Assembly (NCBI GenBank): GCA_945870145.1
Contig: CAMBQV010000003.1
Span: 1 to 46,499 of the forward strand
Length of the DNA stretch: 46,499 nucleotides
Origin: Akkermansia muciniphila
GTDB taxonomy: Bacteria > Verrucomicrobiota > Kiritimatiellia > RFP12 > UBA1067
Reading direction: 5' to 3'
The notes under the pieces are model-generated. The model ran no database searches, had not been told where the DNA came from, and saw only the letters and a list, made by a program, of their open reading frames with translations. The position numbers and the translations under genes were made by a program. Numbering within the stretch: the stretch's first letter is position 1; each line of letters begins with the position of its first letter. Below, one piece after another: positions 1-9,507 of the stretch.

Positions 1-35
1 TGTCGCTGTCGTGATACACTGCCTTTCCTTTTTAA

Positions 36-112
36 GGGCCTATAGCTCAGTCGGTCAGAGCGGAGGACTCATAATCCTTTGGTCGCAGGTTCGAGTCCTG
101 CTGGGCCCACCA
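36..112 (+). tRNA. tRNA with CAT anticodon, most likely tRNA-Ile2 (lysidine type); elongator Met not excluded
   Basis: GGGCCTA/TGGGCCC acceptor stem, D arm TAGCTCAG, anticodon arm GAGGA-CT-CAT-AA-TCCTT (CAT 70-72), GGTTCGAGTCC T loop, encoded ACCA. G1-C72 is paired, so not an initiator; overall resemblance to ileX-type tRNAs. Confidence 0.95.
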
Positions 113-264
113 GCCTTCGCCCTTTTTCGGCGAAGCGAAATATATGAAAAACGAGCTTGATTCTGATGGAGCAGGTTAGTAGAATACCGCGCCATTTCTG
201 GGGATAGTGGGCTAGTTCCGTTAAATGTAACATAGGAACGCCCATCAAAAAAGCGAGGAATAGC

Positions 265-1074
265 ATGATGCGGGACTTTTTACGTATACCATCGGAGTCT
301 TTATTTATTGCAATCTATGGTTGTTTGCTGATGGGGTTTTTGGGGCTACCGGCGTTTTGTCAAGAGCTCACAGGGAGAACGCCCCGTGATCTAATCGTGA
401 CGTTCGCAACCCAAGGCATTGATCGTTATGCCGATGAAAAGCCTGTGTGTGATGGTGAGAAGTATGCCTTGGTCTATGCGAAGAAAAAGTCACTGTTTGC
501 AGGATTTATGACCAATGGCCAGCTTGTCGATCCGACGAACAATGTGCTCGTCTATTGTGAAGGACGTGCAAAAGATGGGCAGTGCCCTCAAACGCAGGTG
601 GTGACTAACGACAGCGAGGCAGATCCAAGCGGCACGCTATATGTGGTCTTGCTTGATACGCGTGCACCAGATGGGTCTGTAGGAGGAGACAATCTGGTTC
701 TCGGTTATGCTATTGCCGGCCAAGCCAAGAGCTTTCCCAGCGGGAATCTTGGATCGGGCAACGGGATTGTCCCAGGTAATCGTCCCGATGGCTCTACACA
801 AATCGATGAAAAATCCCAGCTCCCTCCAAATATTCTCACGCCCATCATTACCGCTATTCATGTTGCGGATGGCGTGGCGCATATTTATTTTAAAAATTCG
901 AGCGCTGATGTCTATTATGCCCTTTCCCAAAAGAAAAACGGCAAAGACTGGATAAATTCTTCTTTTAATACCTATCGCAAGGGAGGCTCAAAGCCACAGG
1001 ACGAAGTTTCATTGAGTGTTCTTGCAGACGAAGATTCCAAAATTTTTAAAGTGATTGTGCCGAATCTCAAATAG
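265..1074 (+). CDS. Hypothetical exported protein
   Basis: 269-aa ORF, GAGG upstream, hydrophobic N-terminus ending AFC/Q; no catalytic motif recognised. Confidence 0.75.
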   Translation: MMRDFLRIPSESLFIAIYGCLLMGFLGLPAFCQELTGRTPRDLIVTFATQGIDRYADEKPVCDGEKYALVYAKKKSLFAGFMTNGQLVDPTNNVLVYCEGRAKDGQCPQTQVVTNDSEADPSGTLYVVLLDTRAPDGSVGGDNLVLGYAIAGQAKSFPSGNLGSGNGIVPGNRPDGSTQIDEKSQLPPNILTPIITAIHVADGVAHIYFKNSSADVYYALSQKKNGKDWINSSFNTYRKGGSKPQDEVSLSVLADEDSKIFKVIVPNLK

Positions 1075-1094
1075 CCTCCGTAACGTATCAATCA

Positions 1095-1123
1095 TTGAAC
1101 ACAACAGTCGGTTGTAGTATGAT
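1095..1123 (+). promoter_or_regulatory. Sigma70-like promoter with a small inverted repeat in the spacer
   Basis: TTGAAC-17-TATGAT; ACAAC-N5-GTTGT at 1101-1115; AGGAG RBS before ATG 1151. Confidence 0.5.
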
Positions 1124-1150
1124 CATCACCTTTAGCAAAGGAGATCGAGC

Positions 1151-2335
1151 ATGCCTCCGACCAGTGACCGTACACGCCATTTCACCGAATCCGTGATCCG
1201 CCGTATGACGCGCGTGGCTAATGCGTGCGGTGCGGTGAACCTCTCGCAGGGCTTTCCTGACTTTGATCCGCCGCCGGAGCTTCTGGCCGCTGGAGAACGC
1301 GCAGGGCGTCAGGGTCCTCATCAGTATGCCGTCACCTGGGGCGCGGCGAACTTTCGCCAGGCCTTCGCCCGTAAGCAGTCGCGCTTCATGGGTATTCCGG
1401 TGGACGCCGATGCGAACGTGGTCGTCACCTGCGGCAGTACTGAGGCGATGATGGCCGCGATGATGACAGCCTGCAATCCCGGGGACAAGGTCGTCATCTT
1501 TTCGCCCTTCTATGAAAATTATACAGCAGACACTGTGTTGACTGGGGCCATACCCGTCTATGTGCCGCTGCGTCCGCCCCATTTCGATTTCGATCCGGCT
1601 GAACTGCGTGCGGCCTTTGAAACCCATCGTCCCAAGGCGCTGATCCTTTGCAATCCGTCCAACCCTTCTGGTAAGGTCTTCACACGCACGGAGCTGGAGT
1701 TGATTGCGAGCCTCGCACAGGAGTTCGATTCCTTTGTCATCATGGACGAAGTCTATGAGCACATTGTCTATGCGCCCCATATCCATACCTACATGGCATC
1801 GCTACCAGGCATGTTTGACCGTACCATCTCGTGCAGTTCGCTCTCAAAGACCTACTCCATCACAGGCTGGCGCCTGGGCACTGTCGTGGCAGCGCCTGCC
1901 ATGATCGAGGTCGTACGGAAGGTACATGATTTTCTCACGGTCGGCGCGGCAGCGCCCTTGCAGGAGGCTGCGGTCACGGCACTGGAGTTCCCGGATAGCT
2001 ACTATCAGGAGCTCGCCGCAAAATATACCGCTATGCGCGATATTTTTACAGGCTGGCTGGAGCGCGCCGGATTAAACTTCACCCGTCCGCAGGGAGCCTA
2101 CTATGTCATGGTCGACGCCAGCGAGTTTGGCGTGACAGATGATGTGGCCTTCTGCGAGTGGATGGCCCGCGAAGTGGGTGTGGCCGCGGTACCGGGGTCC
2201 AGCTTCTTCCGAGAACCTGTCCGGCATCTGGTCCGCTTCCATTTCGCCAAGCGTGCCGAAACCCTGAACAAAGCTGGCGAACGGTTGCTGCGTTTGAGGG
2301 AACGTGTAGCAGTCGGCAGGTGCAGTTGGCAGTAG
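1151..2335 (+). CDS. PLP-dependent class I/II aminotransferase
   Basis: NLSQGFPDF, NPSNPSGKVF, DEVYEH, SLSKTYSITGWRLG (PLP lysine), PQGAYY, PGSSFF motifs. Confidence 0.95.
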   Translation: MPPTSDRTRHFTESVIRRMTRVANACGAVNLSQGFPDFDPPPELLAAGERAGRQGPHQYAVTWGAANFRQAFARKQSRFMGIPVDADANVVVTCGSTEAMMAAMMTACNPGDKVVIFSPFYENYTADTVLTGAIPVYVPLRPPHFDFDPAELRAAFETHRPKALILCNPSNPSGKVFTRTELELIASLAQEFDSFVIMDEVYEHIVYAPHIHTYMASLPGMFDRTISCSSLSKTYSITGWRLGTVVAAPAMIEVVRKVHDFLTVGAAAPLQEAAVTALEFPDSYYQELAAKYTAMRDIFTGWLERAGLNFTRPQGAYYVMVDASEFGVTDDVAFCEWMAREVGVAAVPGSSFFREPVRHLVRFHFAKRAETLNKAGERLLRLRERVAVGRCSWQ

Positions 2336-2344
2336 CAGTAGTTT

Positions 2345-2525
2345 TTTTAACACGGAGACACGGGGACACAGAGGATGTGATAAGCTTGGAGTGCGGCTGT
2401 CCTGATGTCACGTGCTGCAAGTCCCATGTCCAAAGTCCCAGGTCCTCTTTCGACAAAGCTCGCGACAAAGTTTTTCCTGAACCCCCTGGCGCGGCGTAGC
2501 TTTAGCGAAGCCGGCTGACCCCTGG
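2345..2525 (+). repeat. Composite intergenic repeat element, copy A (CACGGAGACAC module, 7-mer array, TCGACAAAG module, CTGAACC/CTGACCC array with inserted hairpin)
   Basis: Same modules in the same order as the reverse complement of 40061-40199; 7-mers AAGTCCC ATGTCCA AAGTCCC AGGTCCT at 2419-2446. Confidence 0.75.
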
Positions 2526-2546
2526 AGTTATTCACAAGGAGCCCAT

Positions 2547-3524
2547 ATGAGCACAAAAGATACACCCGCACCTTCCCCCAAGATTCCGATTGGCGTCTCC
2601 TCTTGCCTTCTCGGTGAGAAGGTCCGCTTTGATGGCGGGCACAAACATGACCCCTACCTCACAGAGACGCTGGCACCCTATTTTGAGTATGTGTCGGTCT
2701 GTCCGGAGGTCGGCTGCGGACTCTCCATCCCGCGCGAAGCCATGCACCTCGAGGGGACCCCTGAAGCGCCGCGCCTCGTCAGTATCAAGAGCGGAACTGA
2801 TTACACGGAGCAGATGCAACGCTATTGCGAAAAGACGGTTGAAGAGCTCCGCGGCAAGAACCTGCATGGGTTCATCTTTAAAGCCAAATCGCCTTCGTCA
2901 GGTCTCTTTCATGTGAAACTCTATACCTCGGATGGCAACCCGAAGACCCAGCATACCTCCGGACTCTTTGCGCGCGCCTTTACGCAGGCCTTTCCGACCC
3001 TCCCGTGCGAGGAGGAGGGACGCCTGAATGATGCGGTACTACGTGAGAATTTTATTGAGCGTGTCTTTGCCCTCAAACGCTTCCGTGACGAGGTCGTGGC
3101 AACTCCTTCAGTCGCCGGACTCCAAAACTTTCATGCCCGTTCAAAATATTTGCTGATGGCCCACTCGCCCGAAGGCGCGCAGGAACTAGGACCACTCGTG
3201 GCAGGGACCAGACCCGAAAACCTCACTGAACGCGTTGCTGCTTATGAGAAGGGTTATCTGAGCACCATGGCCGTCCATGCCACGATCGGCCGCCACGTGA
3301 ATGTCCTGCAGCACATGCAAGGCTACTTCTCGGAACACCTCACACCTGCTGAGCGGGTCGAGCTAGGCAAAATCATTGATGAATACGCGCACGAAGAGGT
3401 GCCGTTAATTGTGCCGATGACGATCTTCCGCCACTTTATTGCGCTCTATCAGATTCCGTACCTGATGCAGCAGCACTATCTCTATCCGCATCCCTCGGAA
3501 CTCAAGTTGCGTAATCACGCTTAG
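2547..3524 (+). CDS. DUF523 (TudS thiouracil desulfidase-like) plus DUF1722 fusion, YbgA family
   Basis: IGVSSCLLGEKVRFDGGHK, VCPEV, KSPS, GLFA, EEEGRL, LRENFIERVF, FHARSKYLLMAHS, NVLQHMQGYF, YLYPHP motifs. Confidence 0.93.
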   Translation: MSTKDTPAPSPKIPIGVSSCLLGEKVRFDGGHKHDPYLTETLAPYFEYVSVCPEVGCGLSIPREAMHLEGTPEAPRLVSIKSGTDYTEQMQRYCEKTVEELRGKNLHGFIFKAKSPSSGLFHVKLYTSDGNPKTQHTSGLFARAFTQAFPTLPCEEEGRLNDAVLRENFIERVFALKRFRDEVVATPSVAGLQNFHARSKYLLMAHSPEGAQELGPLVAGTRPENLTERVAAYEKGYLSTMAVHATIGRHVNVLQHMQGYFSEHLTPAERVELGKIIDEYAHEEVPLIVPMTIFRHFIALYQIPYLMQQHYLYPHPSELKLRNHA

Positions 3525-3526
3525 GC

Positions 3527-3554
3527 AAGGTGGCGCAGACATTTCTGTCTGCGC
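3527..3554 (+). repeat. REP-like palindrome, single copy
   Basis: AAGGTG-GCGCAGAC-ATTTCT-GTCTGCGC; 1 mismatch to the reverse complement of 42283-42310. Confidence 0.8.
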
Positions 3555-3669
3555 GTGACGACGAAACATCGCGCCCCGCGTTTTCTTCCTAACATGTTTA
3601 TCGTGCACGGTTGACGAATATAGAAGCAGGTCAGGTCCTATGCAAGAAAGCGATCTTTTATATTTCTGC

Positions 3670-3699
3670 TTTACAAAACTGTATCCTACATGATACAGT
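3670..3699 (+). promoter_or_regulatory. Toxin-antitoxin promoter with overlapping operator palindrome
   Basis: TTTACA at 3670, extended -10 TGa-TACAGT at 3691-3699, inverted repeat ACTGTATC-N6-GATACAGT at 3678-3699. Confidence 0.65.
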
Positions 3700-3705
3700 C
3701 ACTTC

Positions 3706-3996
3706 ATGATTCAAACATACGAAACACAGGAATATGCTTCGTGGTTTTCACATCTTCGAGATCGCATGTCTAAAATGCGGATTTTGACGAGAATTCGTCG
3801 ACTGAGTATTGGAAACTTTGGCGATGTCAAACCAGTAGGCGAAGGTGTTTCTGAAATGAGGATTCATTGTGGGCCTGGGTATCGAATCTATTTCATTCAG
3901 CGAAATAAAGATGTTGTGATTTTGTTGGCAGGTGGCGAGAAAAGTAGCCAGACAAACGATATAAAGAAAGCTATTGCGCTTTCGAAAGTCTATTAG
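3706..3996 (+). CDS. Type II toxin, RelE/ParE superfamily (HI1419-like addiction module killer protein)
   Basis: RIRRL..GNFGDVKPVGEGVSEMRIHCGPGYRIYF..LLAGGEKSSQ..DI signature. Confidence 0.93.
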   Translation: MIQTYETQEYASWFSHLRDRMSKMRILTRIRRLSIGNFGDVKPVGEGVSEMRIHCGPGYRIYFIQRNKDVVILLAGGEKSSQTNDIKKAIALSKVY

Positions 3997-4009
3997 GAGT
4001 TATTATTTT

Positions 4010-4294
4010 ATGAAAGCAAAACTCAAAAAGTGGGATGCCGCTGAGCATCTGAAAACGAAAGAAGATATGGCGGCTTATATGGCCTGCGCCCTTGAAGAGG
4101 GTGATCCTGCTTTGATTGCCGCTGTTCTGGGGGATATTACTCGAGCGCAGGGAATGTCAAAAATTGCAAAAAAAACAGGCTTGGGACGAGAGAGCCTTTA
4201 CAAGACGCTTTCTATTGATGGGAATCCCGCCCTCGCAACAATATTGAAAGTGTTGGATGCACTTGGACTTAAGCTACAAGCTGTTCCAGTATAA
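4010..4294 (+). CDS. Addiction module antidote protein (HTH antitoxin, HI1420-like)
   Basis: WDAAEHL..YM..ALEEGDP..LGDI.RAQGMSKIAKKTGLGRESLYK.LS..GNP; AGGAG RBS supports ATG 4010. Confidence 0.92.
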   Translation: MKAKLKKWDAAEHLKTKEDMAAYMACALEEGDPALIAAVLGDITRAQGMSKIAKKTGLGRESLYKTLSIDGNPALATILKVLDALGLKLQAVPV

Positions 4295-4435
4295 TAGGGC
4301 ATCATGAGCTCAAGGCCAGGCACCCCTTATCATGGCGTAAAAGACTATCGTTATTATAAGGGATTTTAAATGCCCAACTCATTGCTTTTTGATGCCATCG
4401 TGATTGGCGCAAGACCCGCTGGTAGAAACTCCCCT

Positions 4436-5155
4436 TCATGACTCGCTTCGAGTCTTAATCTTTTCCTGGGGTGGCAGGGAACGGGGATCGCTCGCAATGA
4501 GCCAGACACACCGGGCGAGCGCTTTGCCGCCCTTGTACACTGGAACGCGGAAGAGGCGGAAGTGGAGATTTTCCTGTTTGAGCCGACGCTCAAAAGCGTT
4601 ATCGATCGCGCCCGACCAGACAGCCAGGCAACCCTTGGCGTGCAAGGCGCGCATGCAGGCTTGCAGTCCCTGTCGACTGTAGAGACGGTCATTGCCAGCC
4701 GCGGTCAAGGCCTCAGGACCGTTATCGACATCAAGCATGATCGTATCAAAGGCGTGCTCGGACTGCTGAATCAGGCTCATCACATCACAGACCTTGAGCA
4801 CCACGCGCGGATCGCGCAACGGATGATTGTTGAGTTCGCCGAGAAAATCGCGATTCCATTGAACAACATCCGGGAGCAATTCGCTCACCACTACGGTTGC
4901 GCCGGGCTGAAGCAGGTCAAGAGTCTGACGCAAGGTGTAGCCCATCCCGAGCCCGCCAATCAACACCGTGGGGTTTTGTCGTTCCAGAATGCGTGCACAT
5001 CCCAAACGCGCCAACTCTAACTCCGACTCATGCGCACGACTGGTCATCAATTCCTGACAACCCACCTTCATGGAAAAATCTGCATCATGCTGAACCAACG
5101 TGAGTATTTCGCCATCAGGCGTCTTCGTTGTTGCGATCTTTAAAGTCGGTTTCAT
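4436..5155 (-). CDS. Spermidine synthase-like SAM-dependent transferase
   Basis: ELMTSR, VLIGGLGMGYTL, ELLPDVVQWNR, FDTIMLDVDNGP motifs. Confidence 0.85.
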   Translation of the reverse strand: MKPTLKIATTKTPDGEILTLVQHDADFSMKVGCQELMTSRAHESELELARLGCARILERQNPTVLIGGLGMGYTLRQTLDLLQPGATVVVSELLPDVVQWNRDFLGELNNHPLRDPRVVLKVCDVMSLIQQSEHAFDTIMLDVDNGPEALTAAGNDRLYSRQGLQACMRALHAKGCLAVWSGAIDNAFERRLKQENLHFRLFRVPVYKGGKALARCVWLIASDPRSLPPQEKIKTRSES

Positions 5156-5156
5156 A

Positions 5157-5888
5157 TTAGGCGGGTGGAACGCCAGCCTCTGTTTCCTCTTGCGTCTTAA
5201 TCTTTGAGACGCCCCACATGGCGAGGGGAAGCAGGATGGCTGTGGCCAAGAGATAGGGATGATGACAGGTTTCGCCTGGCTTCAGAAGATTGTCAAGCGC
5301 ATCGTGCAAGCCAATCATGCCGAAAGCTGCAAAACAGAGCGCAGCCACCCATTTAACGGCCTTTTCAGGAATATGCTTGTGCAGGACAATGCCAACGACA
5401 ATCCCAAAGGCATCCGCGATCATCATACCCGTTGTCGTTCCCATCCAGACGGGGATGATTTGCTGACACTTGGCCACAAAACCCGCGCCTTCGATCTTGA
5501 CGGCCTCATTTGCGGCAAGGGAGATGGTCATCAGTTGGGTCTTGTCGCCCATTTCAGCAATAAAGAAGGCGACGGCAACTGTCCAGAAGGGAGAGCTCCC
5601 CTGACGCTTCTCTTCGCCGTGAAGGGCATCGCCTCGGATGGTCCAGAGGGCAAAGAGAATAAAGGAAGCCGCAGCCGCCAGCTTGATCCAGTCGATTGGA
5701 ATAAAATGTGTGACCACATTGCCTAAGGCAACCGCGAGCAGATGATTGAGAAGCGTTGCCGCGAGCACCGCCCAGAGCACGGTCTGCCAACGGAAACGCG
5801 TTGCGAACGCCATCGCCAACAGCTGGGTCTTGTCGCCCATCTCCGCTAAGACCACAGCCACTGTTGCAATGATAAACGCGCTTAACAT
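5157..5888 (-). CDS. TMEM165/GDT1 (UPF0016) Mn2+/Ca2+ transporter
   Basis: Two copies of AEMGDKTQL; multiple TM helices. Confidence 0.95.
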   Translation of the reverse strand: MLSAFIIATVAVVLAEMGDKTQLLAMAFATRFRWQTVLWAVLAATLLNHLLAVALGNVVTHFIPIDWIKLAAAASFILFALWTIRGDALHGEEKRQGSSPFWTVAVAFFIAEMGDKTQLMTISLAANEAVKIEGAGFVAKCQQIIPVWMGTTTGMMIADAFGIVVGIVLHKHIPEKAVKWVAALCFAAFGMIGLHDALDNLLKPGETCHHPYLLATAILLPLAMWGVSKIKTQEETEAGVPPA

Positions 5889-5892
5889 GAGG

Positions 5893-7248
5893 TTAGTTGA
5901 AAATGGATAAAATAACGCCGGCGGCGACGACGGAACCGATCTGTCCTGCGAGATTCGCGCCCAGAGCGTGCATCAACAGGAAGTTATGCGGATCAGCCTC
6001 AAGGCCCAGGCGGTTGGAGACACGCGCAGCCATCGGAAAGGCGCTGACGCCAGCCGAACCGATCAGGGGGTTGATCGGATCATTCTTCAAAAAGAGATTC
6101 ATGAACTTCGCAAACAAGACTCCGCCCGCCGTGCCAAGGGAGAAGGCGAGAAGTCCAAGAACGATGATGCCGAGCGTGGTGGGTTGCACAAACTTGTCCG
6201 CCTCCATCTGCATGCCGACGCCCAAGCCGAGGAAGATCGTCGCCAGATTCATCAACTCATTCTGCAAGGTCTTGGAGATGCGTTCGATTGCGCCAGACTC
6301 CTTGATAAAGTTACCAAAGGCGAAACAGCCCATGAGCGGAAGAGCCGTCGGCAACAAGAGCACGCAGAGGCCGACGAGCAAGAGCGGGAAGAGTGTCTTT
6401 TCAAGCTGGCTGACCTCACGGACCTGACGCATCCGGATGAGACGCTCCTTCTTCGTGGTCAAAAGTTTCATGATCGGCGGCTGGATCACAGGAACCAAGG
6501 CCATATACGAATACGCGGCGACCGCGATCGAGCCCATCATCTCAGGCGCATATTTAGAGGCGACAATAATCGAGGTCGGTCCATCCGCACCACCGATGAT
6601 AGCGATCGAGCAGGCCTGCTTGAGGGTGAAGTCAAAGCCCGGGATGAAGTTCAGGGCTGCCACGCCGAGCAGAGTGCCAAAGACACCGAACTGCGCCGCG
6701 GCACCGAGAATAGCGGTTCGCGGCGCGGCCAACAGGGGACCGAAATCGCAGAGCGATCCAATACCCATAAAGATGATGAGCGGGAGCACTTCATTCTTGA
6801 TGCCGTTATCATAAATGAGCGTAAGAAAGCCGTGCGCACTGCCCATTTCGCCCAGCGGAACATTGACGAAGAGCGTGCTAAAGCCGATGGGGACCAGGAG
6901 CAGCGGCTCGAAATCTTTGGCCACACCGAGATAGAGCAACAGGAAGCCCACCAACACCATGATGATCTGGCGCCAGTGTCCGCCAAAAGTCATATCATAG
7001 ACCCCTGTTGAGCGGAGAATGCTCTGGAGACAACCCGAGACGGAAATATTATTTTCCGTGGCAGCGGGTTGGCTGGTTACGGACTGTACGACCGCTGTGA
7101 CGCCCTCAGCGTGCGTCCCTTGCGCCACAAGGGGCGTCGCGGGGAAGAGCAGGGAGAGTACAGCCACGACAGCCAATGTCAAGAGCACGGGCCGCAGGTT
7201 CCGGCGCTGACAAAGGGTTGAAAGAGTAGAGATAAGGGTTCGAAACAT
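5893..7248 (-). CDS. oadB: Na+-translocating decarboxylase beta subunit
   Basis: [54 protein letters not shown]; GGAG RBS supports ATG 7248. Confidence 0.95.
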   Translation of the reverse strand: MFRTLISTLSTLCQRRNLRPVLLTLAVVAVLSLLFPATPLVAQGTHAEGVTAVVQSVTSQPAATENNISVSGCLQSILRSTGVYDMTFGGHWRQIIMVLVGFLLLYLGVAKDFEPLLLVPIGFSTLFVNVPLGEMGSAHGFLTLIYDNGIKNEVLPLIIFMGIGSLCDFGPLLAAPRTAILGAAAQFGVFGTLLGVAALNFIPGFDFTLKQACSIAIIGGADGPTSIIVASKYAPEMMGSIAVAAYSYMALVPVIQPPIMKLLTTKKERLIRMRQVREVSQLEKTLFPLLLVGLCVLLLPTALPLMGCFAFGNFIKESGAIERISKTLQNELMNLATIFLGLGVGMQMEADKFVQPTTLGIIVLGLLAFSLGTAGGVLFAKFMNLFLKNDPINPLIGSAGVSAFPMAARVSNRLGLEADPHNFLLMHALGANLAGQIGSVVAAGVILSIFN

Positions 7249-7260
7249 GATTAACTCCAA

Positions 7261-9054
7261 TTAGACGATTTCAGCGAGAACATCACCTGCCTTGACAGTG
7301 TTGCCTTCCTTGGCAACGAAACGGACGGTCCCCGCTTGAGGGGTTTTAATCGCCATCTCCATCTTCAACGCTTCCATGGTGCAGATGGGCTGATCCTTCT
7401 CGACCCGCGTCCCCTCGGGAACAGAGAGCGAAAGAATCTTGCCGGGCATCGGTGCAAGCACCTTCGCGGCCGTGGCATTAGCCGGGGTGGCGGCGGCGGC
7501 AGTTCCTGCCGTTGCGGGTGAATGGACCTTCGAAACATTGATCTTGAAGGGACTGCCATTCACATGCAGATGGACATTGCCATCCGCATCCGAGAGACGG
7601 CTGACCTGATGTTCGACGCCATCCACCATCACCAGGTAATGCTTATGCTCTTTGTCTGCGGCTGGAGCGGCGACTTCTGCCTTGGGAGCTTCGATCTTGA
7701 CCGGACCATTCGGACGCGTCTTGAAGAATCCAAGCGCGACCTGCGGGAACATCGCGTAGGTCAGGACATCCTCGCGCGTCACGGTGGCAACGCCCATCTT
7801 CTGGCGCAGCTCCTCTTCAAGCTTATGAAATTCATTCGGGATCAGGTCGGCCGGACGGCAGGTGACGGCCTCCTTGATATTCAGTTCCTTCAAGGCGCGC
7901 GCCACGAGATCGGCGTTCGGCTTGGCAGGTGTCTTGCCATAGTTGCCGGCGAGGAGGTTCTTGGACTCATTGCTGAGCTGTGCATAACGTCCGAAGAGAA
8001 CATTCAAGACCGCCTGCGTTCCCGTGATCTGGCTGGTAGGGGTGACAAGCGGGGGATATCCGAAGTCCTTCTGGACGATGGAAATCTCTTCTAATACCGC
8101 ATCCAGCTTATCCAGTGCGTTCTGCTCTTTCAACTGGCTTTCGAGATTCGAGAGCATGCCACCAGGGACTTGGGCAACCAGAATGCGCGGATCAGCGCCC
8201 ACGAAGGAGGATTCAAAAGCTTTGTATTTTTTGCGGACCTCGCGGAAGTAGGCGGAAACTTCGACCAGTGATTTCAGATCGAGGCCGGTATCATATTCGG
8301 TGCCCGCCAGGATCTCAATGAGCGTCTCGGTCGGCGAGTGGCTGGTGCCCATCGCCATAGAGGCGATCGCGGTATCAATACCGTCAGCACCTGCTTCAAT
8401 CGCCTTGACCAGCGTGGCCACGGACATTCCAGTGGTGGCATGGGAGTGAATCTGGATCGGCAGATCAACGGCCTTCTTCAACGCCTTCACAAGTGTGTAG
8501 GCATCGTAGGGCTTGAGCAGTCCGGCCATGTCCTTGATGCAGATCGAATCAGCGCCCATGGTTTGAAGCTCGCGCGCCAAAGAGACAAAGGAGTCAATGG
8601 AATGAACAGGGCTGGTCGCATAGCTCAAGGTCGCTTGAGCATGCTTACCTGCCTTTTTGACCGCCTTGAAGGAGGTCTGCATGTTCCGCGCATCATTCAA
8701 CGCATCAAAGACACGGAAGACATCCACGCCATTGGCGGCGGCGCGTTCGACAAAGGCTTCCACTACGTCGTCGCCATAGTGACGGTAACCCAGCAGGTTT
8801 TGTCCACGCAGGAGCATCTGCATGGGCGTATTGGGCATCGCGGCCTTGAGGGCGCGGATACGCTCCCACGGATCTTCATTCAGGAAACGAATACAGGAAT
8901 CAAAGGTGGCGCCGCCCCAGGTCTCCAGGGACCAGAAGCCCGCGCGGTCCATGGGCTTTGCGACGGGAAGCATATCCGATGTGAGCATACGGGTTGCGAA
9001 GAGCGACTGATGCGCATCGCGGAGGGTGAGGTCAGTGATTTTTATTTTTGCCAT
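7261..9054 (-). CDS. oadA: Oxaloacetate decarboxylase alpha subunit (carboxyltransferase plus biotinyl domain)
   Basis: LRDAHQSL, ETWGGATFD, IKDMAG, HSHAT, PGGMLSN, YPPLVTPTSQI; C-terminal EALKM biotin site. Confidence 0.95.
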   Translation of the reverse strand: MAKIKITDLTLRDAHQSLFATRMLTSDMLPVAKPMDRAGFWSLETWGGATFDSCIRFLNEDPWERIRALKAAMPNTPMQMLLRGQNLLGYRHYGDDVVEAFVERAAANGVDVFRVFDALNDARNMQTSFKAVKKAGKHAQATLSYATSPVHSIDSFVSLARELQTMGADSICIKDMAGLLKPYDAYTLVKALKKAVDLPIQIHSHATTGMSVATLVKAIEAGADGIDTAIASMAMGTSHSPTETLIEILAGTEYDTGLDLKSLVEVSAYFREVRKKYKAFESSFVGADPRILVAQVPGGMLSNLESQLKEQNALDKLDAVLEEISIVQKDFGYPPLVTPTSQITGTQAVLNVLFGRYAQLSNESKNLLAGNYGKTPAKPNADLVARALKELNIKEAVTCRPADLIPNEFHKLEEELRQKMGVATVTREDVLTYAMFPQVALGFFKTRPNGPVKIEAPKAEVAAPAADKEHKHYLVMVDGVEHQVSRLSDADGNVHLHVNGSPFKINVSKVHSPATAGTAAAATPANATAAKVLAPMPGKILSLSVPEGTRVEKDQPICTMEALKMEMAIKTPQAGTVRFVAKEGNTVKAGDVLAEIV

Positions 9055-9068
9055 AACGAGGGCTCCTT

Positions 9069-9296
9069 TTACTTTTTCTCGGTGAAGGTGTGGGTGGCGA
9101 CAGCGATGGCCGCGGCAACACGTCTGCGATGAACACCGTCATCGGCTGTCGCAGCGCTAGCCTTAGCCAACTTCGCCTCATACTGACGGACGAAATAAGC
9201 GATGACGTTCATGCACTGGATGACCACGAAAAGAAAGAAAAACACCAGCGACATACCCACCACCATGATGGTAAAAGTCTCTCTGAAAAGCTCCAT
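9069..9296 (-). CDS. oadG: Decarboxylase gamma subunit (OadG family)
   Basis: GMSLVFFFL TM segment and VAAAIAVA tail, upstream of oadA; AGGAGG RBS supports ATG 9296. Confidence 0.88.
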   Translation of the reverse strand: MELFRETFTIMVVGMSLVFFFLFVVIQCMNVIAYFVRQYEAKLAKASAATADDGVHRRRVAAAIAVATHTFTEKK

Positions 9297-9507
9297 GTGC
9301 GCCTCCTGTAAAAAGTTGTCCATGCAGTATACCCAAGGATCGTATAGCGTTCAAGCCGAATCACCTAGGAGAAAACCGAAATATAAACTTTCTCAACGAT
9401 AGGCCATCTGCGGAACTCCGCGCTGAACTCGTTCACTTTATCCTGTCCTGTCAGAGGCTATTTTGTTATACTTTGCGGTCATTATAACCCATGAGGAGTG
9501 GCACCGC

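Noticed and set aside
36-1074. Genomic island at tRNA-Ile2 or tRNA-Gln
   Set aside because: No integrase and no duplicated tRNA 3' end found in the window.
5968-7011. 347-aa + strand ORF and similar long shadow ORFs (1088-1786, 8338-9132, 12186-13127, 38908-39591, 42611-43261)
   Set aside because: Antisense to well-supported genes, with no motifs; typical codon-bias shadows.
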